In this document: positions 58,924-64,000 of the stretch, piece after piece | Position numbering within the stretch: the first letter of the stretch is position 1 | Layout: the number at the start of each line of letters is the position of its first letter | Assembly (NCBI GenBank): GCA_965228855.1 | Contig: CBDDIJ010000003.1 | Span: forward strand, 1,248,001 to 1,312,000 | Reading direction: 5' to 3' | Length of the DNA: 64,000 nt | Source: Candidatus Obscuribacterales bacterium | Lineage (GTDB): Bacteria; Cyanobacteriota; Vampirovibrionia; Obscuribacterales; Obscuribacteraceae | Program-made: the position numbers and the translations under genes | The notes under the pieces: generated by a model | Databases searched by the model: none | Seen by the model: the letters and a program-made list of their open reading frames with translations, nothing else | Told to the model about the DNA's origin: nothing

Positions 58924-60141
58924 TTAATTCTGCTTGCTCGTCGACAAAGTCGGATTCTCTTCGAGACCCGGTAAGGTGATTATTCCACTCCCGGTGAGTT
59001 TATCGATTTCCTCCGGACCATAACCGGCATTTTTAAGGAAACTCAGGAGGTCACTCAGGCGACGGTCTTCAGATTCAGGCGCATGATTCTTGCGCAATTG
59101 CCTGTCTACCGGCATGAGGATCTGGGGGACGTTGCCGAGGACAGGGTGATGGAGCCCGCCAAGCATTCCTCGTTCCGCAAGTGGATAGGTTTCAAACGTC
59201 TCATTGAGAGTCTTAACAGGCGAGACGCAGCAGTTTGTGCCGTCGAAAATCCGAGTCCAATCTGCCAGCGTTTTAGCCTTTATCTCTTCGGCGATCGTCT
59301 CCTTAAGGGTGTCTTCCTTAGTCGGATCGTCTATAAGTGGTTCGATGTCTGGTCTGTTTATGGTTTGACAAAAGACTTTCCAAAATGGTCGCTCCAGGCT
59401 GGCTACGGCCAGGAATCTACCGTCTTTGCACTCGTATGTGTTGTAGTTTGGAAGTTCCCGGGGATAAGCGAAGCCACCCTCATCCGGTGTTTTCCTGGTG
59501 TATAGAACCATTGAGCCGAGTACATTCAGGGACGATAATGAAGCGTCAAACATGCTTATGTCCAGCTGCTTTCCGCCGCCGCCGTTCTGTCGCTCCAACA
59601 GTGCACCGAGGACGGAAAGTGCTCCCAGGGTGCCCGACATATAATCTGAAATCGGAATGGAAGGGAGGACCGGACGCTCATTCTCTCGGCGATTCAGGCT
59701 TAATAAACCTGTTTCCGCAATTAAGTTTAAATCGTGAACCGGTTCGTCTTTTCGGTCTGAGTCCTGACCGTGACCGGTCACGGAAATATATATCAGTTCC
59801 GGGTTAATTGTGGAGAGTGTTTTATAACCGAGCCCGAGTCGGTCCATCACCCCGGTTCGGAAGTTCTCTATAACGACGTCGCACTGCGGAATCAGCTTCT
59901 TTATCAATGTAAGTCCAGGTTCGGTCTTGAGGTCGACCTTAATTCGAGATTTGTCGCGCTGAATGCTCCAGTAGAACAAACTTTCGCCATCAACAATCGG
60001 CGGCAGTTTATGGGCTAACCCAGGGGTGTGTGATTCTACTCGTATAACTGTGGCGCCCATGTCGCTTAGAGTGGCGGTGCAGAGTTCGCCGGGCAACATA
60101 TGCGTGAAATCGAGGATTGTAATTCCGGTTAGAGGTGGCAT
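58924..60141 (-). CDS. CaiB/BaiF family III CoA-transferase / AMACR-like
   Basis: PLTGITILDFTHMLPG, DMGATVIRVE, DVVIENFRTGVMDRLGLGY, HDLN, YECKDGRF. Confidence 0.9.
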   Translation of the reverse strand: MPPLTGITILDFTHMLPGELCTATLSDMGATVIRVESHTPGLAHKLPPIVDGESLFYWSIQRDKSRIKVDLKTEPGLTLIKKLIPQCDVVIENFRTGVMDRLGLGYKTLSTINPELIYISVTGHGQDSDRKDEPVHDLNLIAETGLLSLNRRENERPVLPSIPISDYMSGTLGALSVLGALLERQNGGGGKQLDISMFDASLSSLNVLGSMVLYTRKTPDEGGFAYPRELPNYNTYECKDGRFLAVASLERPFWKVFCQTINRPDIEPLIDDPTKEDTLKETIAEEIKAKTLADWTRIFDGTNCCVSPVKTLNETFETYPLAERGMLGGLHHPVLGNVPQILMPVDRQLRKNHAPESEDRRLSDLLSFLKNAGYGPEEIDKLTGSGIITLPGLEENPTLSTSKQN

Positions 60142-60177
60142 GTTCGATGATTCCTGAGACCAAACGTACAGAATACC

Positions 60178-61173
60178 TCAAGCAAACTCTATAGACACTG
60201 GAATTCCTTCAAAGTTATGTATTGCTGCAACGACTTGCAATTTCTGAGCGAACGCTTTTGTTGTGTCGCTGGGGAGTTCTATAATGAGAGCAGTGTCTTC
60301 GATGCTGAAGGACTCAATGCTTGCGGTCCTAAAAACAATTTTGCAATCTGAACCATTCAATGTCAGCTCAAAACCATTCAAAACCCTCTCCATAAGCTGT
60401 TTCTTCAGCGGGTCAATAACTGAGACGGGCAGGCAAACCGATGCGCGGGTCATGAAATACCACTCAGCGGTTGGACAAGATATGGCGCCAAGAGAGTCAC
60501 AAGCAGATGAATCTGATTGCTGCAACAAAGTCTTTGTACTTTGATCTTCGAGATACGATTGACGGTTTAAATCTAGAATCAACAGTTGACCCGAACCTTT
60601 GCGAGCGATGCTGAAGAAGTGGTCTGGTTGTGAGCGTTTCAGAAGATCCAGCTCGTCGAGCGTTAGCCCGACAACTTGTAGAAACGCCACTGTCCCGTTT
60701 GCTGTTTTGATCGATCGAAGCTCTGGGTCTTCGACAATAGCGAACGCATGAATGGCTGTGCCAGAACCGGGCGCTATGGGATTGTCCAGCGGTAGTGCTG
60801 TACCCGGTTTAAGTACAGTATCCATTTGGAATACGGCACGGGCTAAATCGTTGAGTAAATCGCAAGGCCATGTAGCTGCGCTTTTGGAATCTTCATCGAC
60901 ACGCAAGCGAAGTGTAAGCTCGAATCCGTAACCGCTTAAACCAGGGGCTTCTGACTCTTTTTCGTTCAAGTCGCTGAAACCATAAGAAACGTAGAGCCAG
61001 TGAGGATGTTCGCTCGTTGATGAGTAAACGCCGATACCTTCGAGTAAATTGTCCGAGCCCCTGGTGAAACCGTTGTTTGCGTCGAAATACGCGACTTGGT
61101 GGTTCCCGTACCGTTTGTTCAAGGCTGTGGTGATTGCTGCGAAGCCGGTCGCTTCGTCTCGTTTTATCGGCAT
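60178..61173 (-). CDS. Suppressor-of-fused (SuFu) domain protein
   Basis: HWLYVSYGFSDL, SGYGFELTLRL, WPCDLLNDLAR, TANGTVAFLQVVGLTLDEL. Confidence 0.85.
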   Translation of the reverse strand: MPIKRDEATGFAAITTALNKRYGNHQVAYFDANNGFTRGSDNLLEGIGVYSSTSEHPHWLYVSYGFSDLNEKESEAPGLSGYGFELTLRLRVDEDSKSAATWPCDLLNDLARAVFQMDTVLKPGTALPLDNPIAPGSGTAIHAFAIVEDPELRSIKTANGTVAFLQVVGLTLDELDLLKRSQPDHFFSIARKGSGQLLILDLNRQSYLEDQSTKTLLQQSDSSACDSLGAISCPTAEWYFMTRASVCLPVSVIDPLKKQLMERVLNGFELTLNGSDCKIVFRTASIESFSIEDTALIIELPSDTTKAFAQKLQVVAAIHNFEGIPVSIEFA

Positions 61174-61305
61174 TGTGCATACATCCGTTGACCTGCGGCA
61201 TCTTATCACGGCGGCGCCTTTGCCTGCTCATTGTCTAAATGCGTGATATGACATATAGTAGCAGTGCTCCAGTAGCGACATTTACTAGCACTAAAAGGTC
61301 GACCA

Positions 61306-63189
61306 GTGTCGTCAGTAAGAGTTCTTGCCATCGGGTTTGGTATCGCGATTTTCGTCGTTGGTACGGCTCCTGATGTGCTGGCTGAGAAGAATCCGGACAG
61401 CGCTGACGTGAGCGGGGACGTCGCGGTTACGTCCGACGAGAAGACCGATCTGCGTAAACTCAGCGACCCTGTTAGAAGTAGCACCGATGGTGGTGCTCTG
61501 TCCGATGGCGACCAGCAGGACAAGGACCTTGCGCAAGTCACCAGGGCTATCGAATCAAGCGACAAAGAGGTCTCCGCCGGCAAGCTCGACAAAGCCGTCA
61601 TAATGTTAATCAGCGCACTGAAAGATTTTGGCGAAAATCCCCAACTGCGCGAACGACTTTCACGCGTTTACTACATGCAAGGAAAGGTCGATGATGCGAT
61701 ATCCGAGTTGGAAGTCGCGGTGTCGTTGGACCCTACTAACTTCGACTATCACGCAGGTGTTGCCTGGTTATACTCGATTGCCGGGAAATATTCCGAATCG
61801 GTAAAATACGCGAAGCAGGCGATAGTGTTGGACTCAACAAGAGCCTATCCGCTCGTGGTCATGGGCTTCTCGCTCGCTTGCATGGGCAAGCGTTCACAGG
61901 CTGCGGAACTCTTAAAGAAGGCGATAGCGATTGAGCCTGAGAATGCGACAGCCTACTTGTATCTTGCGGATGTTTTGCTCGCTGATGGTGATTATAAGCA
62001 GGCATTGCCGCTGTATCAGAAGAGTCTGAAGTTAGACTCGCGGACCTCCAGCGCGTTTGTCGGTCTGGGAGACTGTTTTCAGAAGCTCGGGCACCATAAG
62101 GAGGCAATTGCAGCATACACGAAAGCTGTCGATTTGGCTCCCCAGGACGCGACTGCTCGCGGGCACCTCGGATTTGCTCTTTCGCAGTCCGGCGATGTAA
62201 TGGGTTCCATGCGTCAGGGGTTCGCAGCAAATTCCATTCGGATTGGGCAATATTGGGGCAAGTTCATGGGAATGTTTGTTGCCGTTTGGGCAGGAATATT
62301 CATTTTCTTTGGTACCATATTTGGTGCTATGTTCATGAGCTCGCGCTTTCATCCTTTGGCCGGAGAGCAGGTTCTGAACGAGTTCTTGCTGGTCTTCTAT
62401 CGAGATCGTCCTGGGCGTTTCGTAATTACCGACAGGCGGCTGGTGTTTATTCCCGAGCTGGTTTCACGCTGGTTCGGTGCGACTCGCGTCAGTATTCAGA
62501 GAGAGCAGATCCTTGCGAGCCGCATGGACAAGGCTCAGGACATCACGGTCCTCGTGCTCACCACCACAAGCGGTGCTGATCTGTCATTCAGAATCCCTGC
62601 GCCGATAGCCGAGCCATTGCGAAACGTGTTGAGTGAGCAAGGTTTGTTCGGTGAAGGGCTACAATCACTCGAGGCAACTGGCGCGAATAGAGCACTCGTT
62701 ATTGATGGCGTGGGGGATGCTAATCAGGGGTCTGGTCGCGTAGGTTCGTCATCCGGCGATGCGAAAGCGAATTCAATAAAACCGCAAGATATATCACAGG
62801 AAGTATCGCAAGAACTGCCGAATTCATTCATTGCAGCAAGTTTTGATTTTCGAACGCCGGAAGCGGCAGAAGAAACAGATAATGCTTCTACATTGAAGTT
62901 ATCTGCAATCGAGCCAGGCGGCGCCGCTGTGGAGGAATCGATAGCTGCTTTAGAACGGCCTAAGTCATTTGAGCGGCAAGGTGGGCCTAGAGTCCCTCAG
63001 CCAAAGGAAGGCAAAAATGCTGCTCCGAAAGCGAAGCAGAAAAAATCGCAGCCAGGTAAACCCTCAGATAGCGACGTTTTAAAGGGGGGGCAGACGTCGT
63101 CTGCCAGACCTGCTCACAATCGCAGGGCTGAAGACAAGCCTGCGCACAATCGGCGCGCCGAGGACAAAAAGGGCGACGAGAGCCAATAA
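61306..63189 (+). CDS. Membrane protein: exported TPR array, TM, PH/GRAM-like domain, disordered tail
   Basis: Signal-like N-terminus, about 6 TPRs, TM FVAVWAGIFIFFGTIFGAMF, GRFVITDRRLVFIP. Confidence 0.8.
   Translation: MSSVRVLAIGFGIAIFVVGTAPDVLAEKNPDSADVSGDVAVTSDEKTDLRKLSDPVRSSTDGGALSDGDQQDKDLAQVTRAIESSDKEVSAGKLDKAVIMLISALKDFGENPQLRERLSRVYYMQGKVDDAISELEVAVSLDPTNFDYHAGVAWLYSIAGKYSESVKYAKQAIVLDSTRAYPLVVMGFSLACMGKRSQAAELLKKAIAIEPENATAYLYLADVLLADGDYKQALPLYQKSLKLDSRTSSAFVGLGDCFQKLGHHKEAIAAYTKAVDLAPQDATARGHLGFALSQSGDVMGSMRQGFAANSIRIGQYWGKFMGMFVAVWAGIFIFFGTIFGAMFMSSRFHPLAGEQVLNEFLLVFYRDRPGRFVITDRRLVFIPELVSRWFGATRVSIQREQILASRMDKAQDITVLVLTTTSGADLSFRIPAPIAEPLRNVLSEQGLFGEGLQSLEATGANRALVIDGVGDANQGSGRVGSSSGDAKANSIKPQDISQEVSQELPNSFIAASFDFRTPEAAEETDNASTLKLSAIEPGGAAVEESIAALERPKSFERQGGPRVPQPKEGKNAAPKAKQKKSQPGKPSDSDVLKGGQTSSARPAHNRRAEDKPAHNRRAEDKKGDESQ
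63109..63168 (+). repeat. Tandem 30-nt coding repeat (PAHNRRAEDK x2)
   Basis: cctgctcacaatcgcagggctgaagacaag / cctgcgcacaatcggcgcgccgaggacaaa: same peptide, synonymous differences only. Confidence 0.9.
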
Positions 63190-63194
63190 GGTTT

Positions 63195-64000
63195 CTACCT
63201 TCCGACATCACTGAACATAACTCTCGTTACATTTTTGCGAATTGCTTCTTGCATCGCCTTCTGGGCATTTGAAACTACTGATTCAAGATCCTTCGCGTCC
63301 GTTGGAACGTTGGCTATGCCAAAGAAAAATGATGGTCGTGTTTGTGCCAGTTCCGGTGCGAATTTGGACAGATTGGTTGTAATCTTGTCGACGAGTGTTG
63401 CTGCCTGGCCGCTGTTCGAGTTAGGCAAAATCAGCGCATATCCCTTTTCGCCAAAGTGACCGAAGATGTCTACATCATGTTTGATTTTGCCAATCGCCGA
63501 GGTCGTCAGGGAGACGATCTTCGACGCCTGCATAGTCGGTCGCTCTTTGGTCTGTAGTTTCATGCAAAAGACCATTAGAGAAAAAGTGGTGCCGAATCGG
63601 AAAGATCTGGCAAATTCACGCTCGAGAAAAAATTGAACTGCTTCGAAGGTGAGAATACCCGTCTCCGTATTCGTCAAAGCCGCCATCACCTGTTTAGGAG
63701 TGACCCTGTTGTAGAAAACTTCCGAGGTCTGTATGCCAACATGAACTGTGTCCACATCCAGCGTTGTGGTGGCGTTTGACATAAACGCCTGCACCGCAGG
63801 TGATGGCAGGTTGTCGCCGCCTCCTACACCGCCGCCGCCTGCACCGAACATCGCCGATGGTGGCAAAAGTGGTGCCGAACTTTGCTGCGGTTGTGCTTGC
63901 TGAGCGCCCCAACTACCAGCCTGTGCCGCGGGTGGAGCTTTAGTCGTGAATGTTCCACTGGTGGCTTGTGGGTTGGTTGGAAATGTTCCACTCGTACCTT
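63195..64000 (-). CDS. Degenerate GGDEF-domain protein, 5' end outside the window
   Basis: ETGILTF..FFLEREFARSFR, DIFGHFGEKGYALILPNS, FGIANVP; frame is open to the window edge through a Pro/Gln/Thr linker. Confidence 0.75.
   Translation of the reverse strand, partial: GTSGTFPTNPQATSGTFTTKAPPAAQAGSWGAQQAQPQQSSAPLLPPSAMFGAGGGGVGGGDNLPSPAVQAFMSNATTTLDVDTVHVGIQTSEVFYNRVTPKQVMAALTNTETGILTFEAVQFFLEREFARSFRFGTTFSLMVFCMKLQTKERPTMQASKIVSLTTSAIGKIKHDVDIFGHFGEKGYALILPNSNSGQAATLVDKITTNLSKFAPELAQTRPSFFFGIANVPTDAKDLESVVSNAQKAMQEAIRKNVTRVMFSDVGR

Noticed and set aside
63084..63090. G7 homopolymer as a phase-variation tract
   Set aside because: Short, in frame, and within a disordered tail near the gene end
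1..64000. CRISPR arrays, IS elements, prophage, rRNA/tRNA
   Set aside because: No regularly spaced repeats, transposase, integrase or phage ORFs, or RNA gene signatures seen by eye; a tRNAscan/Infernal run would be needed to exclude RNA genes

Overview
Gene-dense, roughly 50% GC bacterial chromosomal window from a diderm (fabZ-lpxA). I saw no rRNA, tRNA, CRISPR array, transposase or integrase. The cyanobacterial-type MgdA-like glycosyltransferase, the absence of photosynthesis genes here, the expanded Hanks-type kinases, MshEN-repeat and TPR proteins suggest a non-photosynthetic Cyanobacteriota relative (Vampirovibrionia/'Melainabacteria', Obscuribacterales-like). This is inference, not a tested placement. 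Recognisable parts are a sulfide-oxidation/persulfide-detox operon (ArsR, rhodanese-DUF2892, TauE, PDO-rhodanese, type II SQR), a two-component pair, c-di-GMP-related proteins, three Ser/Thr kinases, kynA, folE, fabZ, lpxA, ferrochelatase, acyl-CoA ligase, icd, a CoA-transferase and a SuFu protein. The best candidate for an undescribed system is an array of four paralogous secreted small proteins with very long glycine zippers (42185-44018), with its own terminator and a hairpin-rich upstream region. Other unusual items: a VIT protein with a frameshifted two-helix tail followed by a 5-codon minigene with an extreme Shine-Dalgarno; an internal sorting-signal-like insert in the DUF3142 partner; a FYVE-like zinc finger; a thaumatin-like protein; Cys-motif/kinase/TM/LRR receptor kinases; an ATA-initiated methyltransferase; an unannotated 49-aa membrane protein; and a shared LPxLx[IV] motif in signal-less orphans. 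All family assignments come from motif recognition by eye; no searches were run.
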